Of a stretch of 64,000 bases of DNA, positions 31,852 through 45,840 are shown piece by piece. The notes below the pieces were generated by a model, which had not been told where the DNA came from, made no database searches, and saw nothing but the letters and a program-made list of their open reading frames with translations. A program made the position numbers and the translations under genes. The DNA is from the human T2T-CHM13v2.0 reference genome, Homo sapiens, in NCBI RefSeq assembly GCF_009914755.1, contig NC_060931.1; one strand, given 5' to 3'. Position 1 is the stretch's first letter. Every line of letters begins with the position of its first letter.

Positions 31852-32040
31852 GATTCGCCCCGGTTGCGGGCGACTGCGGGACCCACTGACTGGCTGGCTG
31901 GCGTTTGGGACCCGGGCGGCTCACTTCTAGTCCCGGCGGCGGCGGCGGTGGGGGCGGCGATACGGCCAGGCAGCGTGCGTTCCTGGCCTGCCTCCCCACG
32001 CCCTCCCGCCGGCGCGGGTCATGTGGATGCTGCCCGCCCA
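31852..32040 (-). other. SLC25A13: SLC25A13 exon 1 5' UTR (upstream limit/TSS approximate), with a short (CCG)4 tract
   Basis: GC-rich sequence between the start codon and the CCAAT/GC boxes; ggcggcggcggcgg at ~31935-31948. The exact TSS cannot be read from sequence. Confidence 0.7.
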
Positions 32041-33043
32041 TTGGCTGGGCCCAGCCTTGGCCGCCGGGGTGCGCGTGATCCAGCGGCCTCTGCCCTGCAG
32101 CCGGGGAGGGCTCAGATCCTGGGGCAGTGGCTGGACAGGGACACGTGACCCCGCTGCGCTGTCCAGCAGCGGCGGCCTCTGCGGCGTGGGCAGAGGTAAC
32201 TTGGCCGTGTGCAAGCCCGTCACCTGAGGGCAGGTGGCCCCACCAGGGAAGCTGCTGGCTTCTGCTGATACCAGGGGCTACTGGGCCCTCGGACCGATGG
32301 GAGGGGCAAGTAACGACAGATGGTGCACGGCCTGGGGAAGTTGAGAACTCCACTAGGACACATACTTTGCTGGATATTTTTTCCCCTGTGCGTTCCCTTT
32401 GAAGGAGCTCCACTTTACACTGGATCCAAAAAGACTTTGATCCAAAAGCATTGACTTAGAAGGCGAGATTGCAAATATTGCTGGCACGCCTACTTTTAGA
32501 TCAAAATCGGTGAACTCTTAAGAACCCAACAAGTGAATGTAGTGCAGAACGTATATTCATGAAACTACTCCATTTCAGCCCTACCTGTTAAAACGGTAGA
32601 AGTCAAAAGGCCCGGGTCAAAAGACTTCCCCCAAATAGGCCCTACTAAAATAAATAAACAAGCATTTTAATGAAAATTTGCTTATATGACCTCCAGGCCT
32701 TACTCCTCTTCATCAGGATTTCATTCTTCTGTCCTTGTAATCAAAATTTATAAGACAGTGGTGATCAGGGAAAAGGACTTTTAATGTATTGTAGGTTGTG
32801 GATGTAATATGGCAGCAAAAAGCACTTATTACTAATCAGTTTAATTCATTAACGTTGATTGAGTGCCTTCCTACTATGTGCTAGGCACTGTGCTTGGTGC
32901 TGGAAACCCCGAAATGACTTAAGAACTGGTTCCAACCGTTAAACAGCTTCAGGGCTATTGGGAAAGAGACACATAAATGTTTACTTCAGTATAACCTGTT
33001 AAGGCAGCAGACTGTTCCCAGGGCTCAATAAGAATACTGAGAA

Positions 33044-33388
33044 TTCTCATGCCACTATGAAGAAATACCTGAGACTGGGTAATTTATAAACCAAAAGATT
33101 TAATTGACTCAGTTTCGCATGGTTTGGGAGACCTCAGGAAACTTACAGTTGTGGTGGAAGGCACCTCTTTACAGGGTTGCAGGAGAGAGAATGAGTGCCA
33201 AGCAAAGGGGGGAAAGCCCCTTGTAAAACCATCAGATCTCATAAGAACTCACTATCACAAGAACAGCATGGGAGTAACCGCCCCCATGATTCCGTTGTCT
33301 CTCACCGGGTCCTTCCCATGACATGTGGGGATTATGGGAACTACAATTTAAGATGAGATTTGGGTAGTGACACGGTCAAACCATATCA
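33044..33388 (-). mobile_element. THE1-type MaLR solo LTR
   Basis: aagaaatacctgagactgggtaatttata...aagatgagatttggg...aaaccatatca. Confidence 0.85.
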
Positions 33389-33574
33389 AAAGGTAACTTG
33401 ATCTTGAGCTATGGGATTGGGGCAGTGGCACGACTAGTGGAAGGAGTCTGGCCCAGCAGGTAGGGGCTGTGTCATGGTGGGTCTTAGGCGCCTTGCTGAA
33501 GGGTATGCACCTTAACTGAAGGGTTTTAAGTCAGGAAGCAGCATGACTAGGTTTTCGATATAGAAAGATCTCTC

Positions 33575-33960
33575 TATGGTCTGAATGTGCCCCCCAAAAT
33601 TGATGTGTTGGATACAATCTCTAATGCATCAGTGTTGGAAGGTTGGGTCCTTGGGGAGGTATTTTCATCACAAGGGCTCTGCCCTCATAAATGGATTAAT
33701 GCTGCCATAAAAAGAGGTTTGGGGAGTGGGTTCACTCTCTCTTGCTCTTCTGCTCTTTTGCCATATAAGAACATAGCATTCCTCACCTTTGAAGGACACA
33801 GCATTCAAAGAGCCATCTTGGAAGCAGAGAAACCAGGCCGTAACCTGCCAGCACTTTGATCTTGGACTTCCTAGCGTCTAGAACTGTGAGAAATACATTT
33901 CCGTCCTGTTCTTCTAGTCTCAGGAATTCCCTTACAGCAACACAAAATGGACTAAAACAC
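33575..33960 (+). mobile_element. MST/MLT1A-type MaLR LTR
   Basis: tatggtctgaatgtgcccccc...ttggacttcctagcgtctagaactgtgagaaata...ggactaaaaca. Confidence 0.75.
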
Positions 33961-34579
33961 TGCTTGCAGTATGGAGGATGGGTTCCAACTGAACTACCAG
34001 GATGTCCAGACGAGACAGGCTGGGGATGGGCTAGGACTAGAGGAATACATAGAAGGTAAAATTAGTGGGGTTGGGACGGAAAAAGGGAGTTGTGCCATAT
34101 TGCACATAGACTTGTGGTATGGGTGTCTGGAAAAACACCTGAGATTGGTAATTCAAGAGGAGTGTTTTGAGGTGTGTGAGTCTGTCTGTAAGGAGAATGT
34201 ATGTCCAACATACAAATTATGTTGTAGAAGCTTAAGAAAGAAGCATTACAGAAAGAAGCAACTATTTAACCTACTCTCAAAAGGTTCAACAAAGCCCAGA
34301 AGACTTGACCATGTTCATAGGCAGAGAAGAAAGATCAGCAAAAAGTAAAAAAAAAAAAAAGACAAAAGGAAAACCAGGAGAATTGTTAGAGAAAATTATG
34401 ACAAGGGGACAAGTCTGAAGCTCCTGTGGAGGATGGCCCCAGCTGCCACAAGGGGAGTGTAAAAGGAGGTGAGAAAATACAACCTCATGTAAAGAACAAA
34501 ATTACATCATGTACCACGTATTTATTTTTAAGGGCATCATTAAAGCTCTCCTTTTATAATGTAAATGAAACAAAAAATT

Positions 34580-35702
<1,123 letters not shown>

Positions 35703-35734
35703 ATATTTTTGCATTTAAAACGATGAATTATACT

Positions 35735-36225
35735 CTGTGTTAGTTTCCTGTGGCTGCCATAACAAATTACCACAAACTTGGTAGCTTAAAACAATAGAAA
35801 TTTGTTCTCTTACCATTATGAAGGCCAGATGTCCGAAGTGAGTCTTGTGGGGCTAAAATCAAAGTGTCAGCAGGACTGTTCTCTCTCAGAGGCTTTACAG
35901 GAGAATGATGTTTCTTTGTCTTGTCTAAGGGCTCATGGCACCCTTCTTCACCTTCAGAGCCAATGGGCATAGCACCATATATCTGACTCTGCTTTTATCA
36001 CATGACCTGTCTGTCTGTAACCTTCCTCTACCTCCTTTTTATAAGGACATGTGTGATTGCATTTAGAGCCCACCTAGATAATCCAAAGTACTCTCTCCAT
36101 CTCCAGATACTTAATTTGATCACATCTGCCAAGTCTGTACTGCATAAAGTACCATTCAAAATCTCTAGGGATTAGGATCAGGACATGGACATATTTAGGG
36201 GGCCTATCATTCAGTTTACCAAACC
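35735..36225 (-). mobile_element. MLT1 LTR
   Basis: tgtgttagtttcctgtggctgccataacaaattaccacaaacttggtagcttaaaacaa. Confidence 0.82.
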
Positions 36226-36594
36226 TACCACACTATGGATACATATTGTAAAAGTATATTTCAATTTACATTTGGAGTCATACTTACTTGATTAAGCTCC
36301 CCTCCTCATTCTAGAATTCCTCAAAATATGAAATTTTAAAAATATTAAACTGTCATGAACCTAGAAATAAAGAAGTCAAAGATGCTCCCTGGGCTCCATT
36401 TCATCTGTAAATAACAGCATGATGTGAAACATCATCTAAGAAGATAAAGTGTGAACTGGCTAGGTATCTTTCATTTTTTCTTATCATTACAGGCTTACAT
36501 GCCCTCCTGATATTTGTCCCTCTTCACTATTCCCAGATTACCCTCTTTCCTACCATTAACAGTAGCTGGCACTGAATTTTGACTGAAAAGGCCC

Positions 36595-37390
36595 TGTTAT
36601 GGATTAAATTGTGTCATCCAAAAGTCTTAACTCCCCAGTACCTACGTATTAGTTTGTTCTCATGCTACTAATAAAGACATACCCAAGACTGGGTAATTTA
36701 TAAAGGAAAGAGGTTTCATTGACTCACAGTTCAGCATGGCTGGAGAGGCCTTAGGAAACTTACAATCATGACAGAAGGGGAAGCAAACATGTCCTTCACG
36801 TGGCAGCAGAAAGGAGAAGTGCTGAGCAAAGGGGAAAAGCCCCTTATGAAACCATAAGATCTCATGAGAACTTACTCATTATCACTCATTATCATGAGAA
36901 CAGCAGCCTGGGGGTAACCTCCCTCATGATTCGGTTACCTCCCACCAGGTCCCTACCACAACATGTGGGGATTATGGGAACTACAATTCACAATGAGATT
37001 TGGGTGGGGACATAGCCAAACAATACCAGCCTCCAATTGTGACCTTATTTGGAAATTAAAGTTGTAATTAGTTGATTTCATACAGAGTAGGGTGGGTCCT
37101 TAATCCAATATAAACTGGTGTTTTTGTAAGAAGACACAGAGATACTCTGGGAGAGTCCCATGTGTTAACAAAGGCAGAGATTAGAGGGATGCAGCTGCAA
37201 GCCAAGGAATGCCAGGAATCAACAACCCCCCCAGAAGTTAGCAGGAGGCAAGAAGGGATGCTACCCAGAGTCTCAGAGGGATCATGGCCCTGCTGACAAC
37301 TCAGTTTGTGACTTCTATCCTCCAAAACTGTTAGAGAATAAATTTCTGTTGTGTGAGGGCACCCAGTTTGTGGTACTCTGTTAAAACTGC
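36595..37390 (+). mobile_element. MLT1 LTR interrupted by a THE1 LTR (~36646-37028, minus)
   Basis: The MLT1 start (tgttatggattaaattgtgtc) resumes after THE1 (gtattagtttgttctcatgct...atgagatttgggtgggga). Confidence 0.82.
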
Positions 37391-38254
37391 CCTGGGAAAC
37401 CAGTACAGGCCCCAAAGCCACCTGTGTTTTATAGCACCATATGCCAACCTTGTCAGCTGGGAAAGCAGCCAACTCAAATCACGGGGAATGCTATATGCAA
37501 ACAAGGCACACAGCTTAAGCATGAGCCCAAGCCATGGGAGTTCAGAAGAATGACTAACATGGCCTGCTCTGAGCTTTCACCTTTTCCAGAATACCTGCGC
37601 CTTGTAGATGCCCTTTGACCCTACTTTTAAGCTATCTTATTCTCTTCAACTTCATTTAAAACAAACAAGAAAACAAAGGCACCATTACTACTACCAGCGT
37701 GCTCCCCAGATTAGATTGCTGGAAAGGATATCCAGCAACAATGCTTGCCAAGCACATCGTTGACTGGAAATTTTAGACAACTAACTACGGATTGCAATAA
37801 TGATTCCTTGTGTAGATTGCAGTTTGCAAAGGTAATGCCAGGGCTGGTAAAGGACATAGTGTGACAGAGCTAAAGAAGCACCATGTGAATAAGAAGCTCC
37901 CAAATTCTGACCTTACAATTGAGACTCTGCAACTGAAGGACACAGAGAGGCTGTCTGTTGCATTCATTTGGGTCTGGAATCCTGCCGAGTATCAGATCAC
38001 ACATGACAAGACTTCCCTAAGAATGGAGTAAAGGTAGATCAGAAATGAATATGACCTAGCTTCTTAGTAGATCCAAAGGAGAGAGCTGTGCCAACATTTT
38101 AGAGTTAAGAGGGAAGGAAGGGGAGGTAGGAAGTGAGTCAGGATGAGGAAACATAAGACACCTTGGGAAAGTGTAACTGAAAACAAATCTCCAAAGCTTT
38201 GAGATAAAATGCTCTGAGAGCAAATGCTTAAAACAGCTAGTTCCTGAGAGCAGA

Positions 38255-39005
38255 GCAGGGCTGTGTTGCTTTCTGGAGGCTCAAGGACAGAATCCCTTTC
38301 CCTCCCCTTTTCAGTTTCCAGAGTCTGTCTACATTCCTTAGTTCTTCACCCACTTTCTCCATCTTCAAAGCCAGCAGCAGAGTCTAGTTCTCATATCACA
38401 TCACTCTCATCTCATTTTTTGCCTCCCTCTTCCACATCTAAGGATCCACGTGATTGCATTGGGCTCACCCTGATAATCCAGGATAGCCTCTCAATGTTAG
38501 GGTCAGTTGATTTGTGTATTAGTTTGCTAGAGCTGCCAAAATAAAATACCAGAGACCAGATGGCTTACACAACAAAAATTCACTGTCTCACATTTCTGGA
38601 TGCTAGAGTCTGAGGTCAAGTGTCAGCAGGGTTGCTTCCCCCTGAGGCCTCTCTTCTGGGCTTGCAGATGGCCATCTTCTCCCTGTGTCTTCTCTCTGTG
38701 CATATCTGTGTCCTAGTCTTTGCATATAAGGACACCAGTCATATTGGATTAGGACCCATCTTAATGACCTCATTTTAACTTAATTACCTCTGTGAAAACT
38801 CTATCTCCAAATACAGTTACCTTTCAAAGTACTGAGGGGTTAGAACTTCAACATAGGAATTTTAGGAGGACAAAATTCAACCCATAACAATTAGCAACTT
38901 TAAATATATCTGCTATCTTAATTCTCTTTTGCCATGTAATATATTCATAGGTTCCAGAGATTGGGACGTGGACATATTTGGGAAGCTATTATTTTGCCTA
39001 ACACA
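38255..39005 (-). mobile_element. Nested MLT1 LTRs (inner element ~38515-38890)
   Basis: tgtattagtttgctagagctgcc...aattcaacccataaca lies within another MLT1. Confidence 0.75.
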
Positions 39006-40532
39006 CCTTGTCCTGAAAATGTTGCCAATGTCCATAGCAAACCTTAGAGAAGTATTAGTTCTTTGAGTAGAATATTTGGTTTAACCACAGTCCTATATGA
39101 GCTCAGTAAAGTAAAACTGACTCCTCAGGGGAATTACATCAAAAGTCTTTAAAGAGGTCAAACCCACTTTCTTTGGCCCAGAACCAGAATCCCCCTTGGT
39201 CTTGCATCAAGCCCAAGTCTGTGTTTACGAATCTGGCTAAGGTCCCTGGGCCCAGCAATACCACTCAAGGCAGTAACAAATCAAATTTAGGCCACCCTGG
39301 TTTCTCAGTGCACTCAGAGGCATATATCAGAAGTGGCAGGTGCTTCAGCAGCCCATCATGTGACCAAGAAGAAGGAGCAGCAGCCAGGGATGTACACAGT
39401 GGGCTCTTGGACCCTGGCCATCTCACAGCAAGGGACATTTCTTTTAAGTATAGCAGTTCCTTTTGTAAGAATTGCTGAAATTTTATCACAAGTCCTACAA
39501 AATTTTTAAGAAATTAAGTGTTAAGTAAAATAATCTTACCAAAACGGGTTTAAGGAAGGAGACCTGTGTTTTCATAAAAAACATTGTATTCAAATATTAT
39601 TTCTATCTTTCGTATTCTCCTTTACACTTAATCATGATGTGAAAAGAAAGAGAAAGGGAGAGAGACAGATAAAAAGAGAGAGAGAGAGACTGGCTCTTAT
39701 TATTTCCCCATCAATCTCTGTCTAAATAACCTAAGCTAGCATGGTGAATTAGAAATCAGACAGATTTTTATTTGAGGCCCACCTCTGCTATTTATGGCTA
39801 TGCAACCTTTGGTCAGTTATTAACTTCTCTGAGCCTCAGTCTTCTGATTTGTTAAACAGAGATTTTAAAAAATCCATTTTGCAAAGTTGCTGTGATATTA
39901 AATGTACATAAATCATCTGATACATAGGAATCTATTAGAAATACCACTAATAATACTAGAATGAGAAGGTCAGAACTACTGTTCCTTAAGATGCCTTCCA
40001 GCTAACCTTCTAGTATTCTGCTACACAGATGAAGACCATTTACACCTAGGCTTGCTTTCCCAAGATCTTTCTAAAGCAGAAAGGGGAGGAGGGCAGAGAA
40101 AGGGAGGGAGATAGATCCATTTTAGAAGTGGAAAAATCTACTTTTGAAGCTGGAAATTTAAACTCGGATAAAGTAGAGAGCATGAAAGCACTTGAGTATT
40201 TAAGAACAAACTATTAGTGCTAGCTGTAGCTTTCCAATCTGAAGATACTGGGCCAAATTATTCATGTCTGAACTTGTTTGTCAGTTGGATACAATCACAA
40301 CTGCAGCCTCAGGGTTGCTAGCCTTTGCAGCACATTCTTTTATTTCCTGCTGCTACTGCCTGAGTCCCTTAAGGACCCACTGCTAGAAATGGAGGTAGCA
40401 CATCCAGTCTCCAATGACTCTTGCAGGTGGCAGAGCTAAGTCTTTTTAGGTTCCAATGCAACAAAGAAGATCTCGAAACAGCAAAATTTAAGATTGAAAT
40501 GAAACTCACCATTATAACAAAAGAGACAGAGG

Positions 40533-41057
<525 letters not shown>

Positions 41058-42039
41058 TTACTTCTGTTCCTCCAGTTCCTCAGCAGGCCAATCCCTTCCT
41101 GGTCCCAGGGTTCTGCACTTGCCAGCCCCTCAGCCTGGAGCCCCATCAGCCTCTCTCTACATCATCTTTCTCATCCTTCAGGTCCTCAGGAATGCCTTCT
41201 CTGACCGCCCTTTCTAAAGCAGGAACCTCCTTGTCATTATCTCTGCATCCCATTTCTGACCTTTTTAGCACTTATCACAGTGAGTAATTACTTTTGGTTG
41301 GTTGTTTACTTAGCTTTGCTGTCAGGAGATGACATTGGAAAGCCTGATTGGAGCTAGGTGGGGAAGGTGAGTGGCCTGTACTTCTAGAGTAGGTCCTGTG
41401 ACTTTCTATTGGTAAATGACGTGAGTCATTAACTGTCAACATTGTCAGAAGTGACTTGAGACTTGATGGAATGGACTGACCTGATTCTAATTCCAATCCA
41501 GTTCTGGCAGCTGTCTAACTGTGGGCAAATCATTTCTCCTCTCCAAAGCTCAGTTTCTTCACCAATGAAATGACTGCAGTTGATTTTGAATAGGCTTAGA
41601 TAAATAACTAACATTCTATTTTCTTCTCCTGATTCACTTAGATAGCCAGCCAACTTCAGGCATGAGGTGGAATAGGAAGTCATTCACTTTGGGGGCAAGA
41701 TGGTATATATTAAGGACAGCGATGGCCCTGCCCTGAAGTTGCAAAGTGTCTTTTCATCAGGGGGCAGATCTCTCCTCAGTCCTGTTTACCCTGGTTGGAC
41801 TCATAAGCCAGATAGGTAGGTGACTGCCTGCTGCATGTGGTAAAACAACAAAAGTTACCGATGTCCCTCATTCTCGGTGTCACAATCTGTGACAGGCAAT
41901 TCTCCCCAAAGCCCTTGGTTAAAGGTAAACAGTTCTCCTGGTGGAGCCAGCTCAAAAAGCCACCACTATCCATTCACATTTTTAGAAGTCCAAGGCTATG
42001 GGGACATGGAACAGAAGTAGTGAAGAGAAAATATTTCTC

Positions 42040-42360
42040 CAAACTGTTCTGTCCAATACTATAATTACTCTCTACATGTGGCCACTGAGCATTTGAAATG
42101 TGGCCACTGTGATTTGAGGTGTGCTGAAAACATAAAACAAATATTGAATTTTAAAGATTAACATAAAAAAATGTAAAATAACGCATTAAATACATTTATA
42201 TTGACTGCATTTTGAAACAGCAATATTTTAGACATGTTGGGTTAAATAAAATATATCTTAAAATTAATTGCATCGCTTTTAATATTTTTAATGTGGCTAC
42301 TAGAAAAATCTTAAATTACTTATCGGCTTACAATATTTTGCTGTTGGATGGTGCTGATCT
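42040..42360. mobile_element. MER33/MER3-type hAT-Charlie DNA transposon
   Basis: ctgtccaata...acatgtggccactgagcatttgaaatgtggc...ttggatggtgctgatctag. Confidence 0.7.
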
Positions 42361-42370
42361 AGAGCTAGAG

Positions 42371-42372
<2 letters not shown>

Positions 42373-42413
<41 letters not shown>

Positions 42414-42430
42414 TGTAGAGAGAGAGAGAG
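42373..42430. repeat. (GT)n(AG)n compound microsatellite
   Basis: About 22 GT units with one interruption, then (AG)7. Confidence 0.95.
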
Positions 42431-43754
42431 GGTGGAGGAGTTCATATAGCAAAGGAGGAGCTTGATGGAGATGGGAGTGAGTCAAGAAAACATTTTTCCT
42501 AATTTATCTCTAGTTTGGATTTAATTGCACCATTAGGCAGCAGGCTAAGAAACGTTCCATAATGCCAGGGCACTAACTGGAATTACCAGAGCTAAAAATT
42601 GTAGGGATTTTCAGGTTATGTGACTTAACACGAGGCTCAGGTATGATGAATTTGGTTGGAGGGGCAGGATGGAGTAGGAGGCTGAGGGAGCAGATCAGAT
42701 TCTATAACCCCACCACACTCTTCAAAACTACATTGCACAGTGTAGTTTCTCACTGGTGGAGAACAGAGTTACAAATGGGAAAGAAAAAGGCTGAAATGAG
42801 CCCCATGGTGGATAAAACAAAGATTGAGCCTCTTCACTTTAGTGTAAGTTACTTACTTAAGTATAGAATTTTGGTTTTATTGCAAAAGGGATAATTTTAA
42901 AAATTTCTGATTAAAAAGACTTTTGGCAACACAGAAAGAAGACAGCAAAGAAGAAAAATAAAAATTATCTGAACTCCCAGAACTCAGTTATATCTAATTT
43001 AATATTTTAAAGTAATTTTTCTAGTTATTTTCTTTATTGACATGAATGTGTATTATAGTGATATGTTCTATTACTGAAATATCCAATTCTTAGCTCTTAC
43101 AGTTTCACTTAACAATATGTCATAAGTATTTTATTATATCATTATTCTTGAATAAGATAATTATGAATGGCTAGCTAATATTATATCATAAGAATTTTCC
43201 AACTCTTCAACCATTCTCTAATGAATGGGTGATTAAGTCATTTATCATTTTTTATCTATCATAAGTAAAATGTGATGAATACATTTGTACACCAAACATG
43301 TTCTGAATTTTTAAGGAAAGTGGAAGAAGTTTATAAAAGCCACTATGGAGAATGCAAAGGAACTCAATGTGAGTTAGTTCTCAGATGGCTTATTTTTTTA
43401 ATGGAGGCAGAGAGTTTAAGCAACTGATTTTTAAGCTATCTTTCTACTATGAAATTTTATGTTGACTCTTTAGGAAAATATTATTCCATTTTTTTCATTC
43501 TTTATATTTTTGTCATTTAAGTACAGGCAAGAATTTTCTAATTTTCCATACTGTAGATAATTTAGAACATGTTATGACTACTTAATATCACTTTCAGAAA
43601 TATATTCCCTTTGTACTGACTATAGGTCTATTCTCTGTCTTAAATTTCATTTTAGAAGGAATGAACCACAAAGGCAAATTTTTAAGCTAAAGAACATTAA
43701 ATGTTAAAATAACTCAAAACAAATATTAGACAAACAGAAATCTAGTGTTAAGAA

Positions 43755-44180
43755 TTGTAAGAGGTCTGAGATTTTACCCTACCTACCTAGCTGCAAACTC
43801 ACAAGTTTCATGGATGCTCACAGGGACATGAGACATGAGATGCCTGGGTCAGAGACAAAGCACAGTTTATTACTCACAGCAATATCAACAGCCAGAATAT
43901 CACCTTGGGTTTTTCAAGCCCCAATTCCCACAGGATGACAGAAAGAGGTACAGGTGATACCTGTATATGCAAGAGGTCACAGCACAGGAGAGGAACTCTG
44001 AATATAGGGAACCTGAATTTTTTTATAGTGGACATTAAGAATGCTGTCCTATTCAGGAGTGTCCAAGGCTATTTGTTATATAAACATCCTGATAAGATAA
44101 TTTGGAGTAAAGGCCATTCGAGCTTCTATTCATATGATGCAAAAAAAATTGCAAGATATCTGTGGATAATTATCTTTAAC
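43755..44180 (-). mobile_element. ERV-type solo LTR (family not resolved)
   Basis: tgtaagaggtctgagattttaccctac...gggtcagagacaaag...tttattactcacagc (reverse AATAAA). Confidence 0.45.
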
Positions 44181-45015
44181 ATAAGAATAAGTGCTGTATT
44201 AGGAACTAATTAGAGTATATCACATATTTTGTCTATTTGGTGCATGCTCTTTTCTTCATGACCAGCCTGAGACCTGTTCTTGCCTGGCATATCTACTTTC
44301 TTTTCCTATTCCTTAATCATAGTGGTAAATGTCTACATATATAGTCTGCAAAGCAGCCTATACAGCAGTTTATCAGTAGAGCTGTCTGCTTTTATCTGGA
44401 AAAGATAGCCATCATGTCCATTTCCATAAGCGCAGATCAGGGAAAACCATCCCTGCTCTTCTAGCAAGATTGTAAATGTACATGAGACAGAGGAAGGGGC
44501 CCACTCTCTCCCTCTTGGGAATGAAATGAAAGAATACCCCAGAACCCCCATATGTTCCCTACCATAATCTACAGCCACTGCATGTGGCTGAAATACCACT
44601 GATTGCCAAAAACAATATAAAAAGAGGTCTCATCCAAAAGGAAATTTTGTTCCCTAAGGGAAAAGTCTTCATAACATTGGCATGAATAAGTTATGAAAAG
44701 CCTTCACAACTGAAAGAGACATAATCATCATTCATGTATAACAGATTTGTTTATTCATTTCAGTTGATTAATTATCAGTATCTGCTGATGGTGGGGGTAA
44801 CAAGGCTGCTCTGATGAAAGAATTATCAAAGTACATGCTTAGAATATTTATCACTGAGCACATATTGTATAAACTTAGCATATTTATTATGTTCTTTCTA
44901 TATGGGACCTTTCTTCCCCAAGAGAGATTAAACAGTACTGCCCATGCTTGTAGGCAATTTTCCTTCCAAACATGATACTTAACTCTTTATAGAGAAATTG
45001 ACCATTTTTATAATG

Positions 45016-45109
45016 CTGTGCTAGTGCAAGCATGATCACCTCTCCTAAGAAATTCTGACACAGAGTCTCTGAACTGTTCTCCTCACCTCCAGCCTTACTT
45101 TCCTGCACA
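45016..45109 (+). repeat. 94-bp direct duplicate of 46424-46517
   Basis: ctgtgctagtgcaag...ttcctgcaca occurs twice, 1408 bp apart, with 4 mismatches. Confidence 0.92.
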
Positions 45110-45529
45110 TCATATATATAATTTTTATGTATAATACCAATAGCCCCTAATGTAAATAAGGGTGACTTTGTTGGTGGTTCTTATGTCTTTCCCAGCTTTA
45201 GGCAGAACTACTTTAAAATAGAACACAAATTGTATCTCTGGCCACATCAACTTTGATGTTTGGTCAAACAATCCCCGATAGTACAACTACTGCTTAAAGG
45301 AAAAGTGACAATTTGTGTAAGTTAATATTAACCTTTTAAGTAAAAATTAAAAGTGACAAGTTAACTAAATTTAAATTAAAATATTAAAAATCAATATAAT
45401 CCAACATAATCTATATGTAGCAATCTTCAAAGAAACTTTTTGTTTATTGACTATCATAGTAAGAACTACCATTTATTGATTCCCTACTATATGTCAGACA
45501 CTAAACTGGATGCTTTAAATATGCATTCT

Positions 45530-45840
45530 TTTTTAAAACTTTTTTTTATTTTTTGAGACACAGTTTCACTCTGTCACCCAGGCTGGAGTGCAGTGACGCA
45601 ATCCCACCTCACTGCAACCTCTGCCTCCCAGGTTCAAGCATTTTCACGCCTCAGCCTCCTGAGTAGCTGGGATTACAGGTGCACACCACCATGCCCAGAT
45701 AATTTTTTTATTTTTACTAGAGATGGGGTTTTGCCATGTTGGCCAGGCTGGTCTCGAACTCCTGACCTCAAGTGATCTGCCAGCCTTGGTCTTCCAAAGT
45801 GCTGGAATTACAGCTGTAAACCACCACAGCTAGCCCGGCC
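45530..45840 (-). mobile_element. Alu within a MIR remnant; L2 remnant follows at ~46130-46990
   Basis: Reverse Alu dimer; L2-type pyrimidine-rich motifs (aaatctcatcaggccactcttctgctcagaatctttcaa). Confidence 0.85.

Larger units (their letters stand above)
31360..32330 (-). promoter_or_regulatory. SLC25A13: CpG-island, TATA-less promoter of SLC25A13
   Basis: High GC/CpG density against a CpG-depleted background. CCAAT box on minus strand (attgg 32040-32044), adjacent GC box (tgcccgccca 32031-32040), USF-type E-boxes GTCACGTG (CACGTG 32142-32147) and GTCATGTG (32018-32025), and an intronic CACGTG at 31759-31764. Confidence 0.9.

Noticed and set aside
31381-32413. Long overlapping ORFs (255, 281, 117, 109 aa) on both strands
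   Set aside because: Stop-codon scarcity in a CpG island. Pro/Arg/Gly/Ala-rich, several with non-ATG starts, and no recognisable domain.
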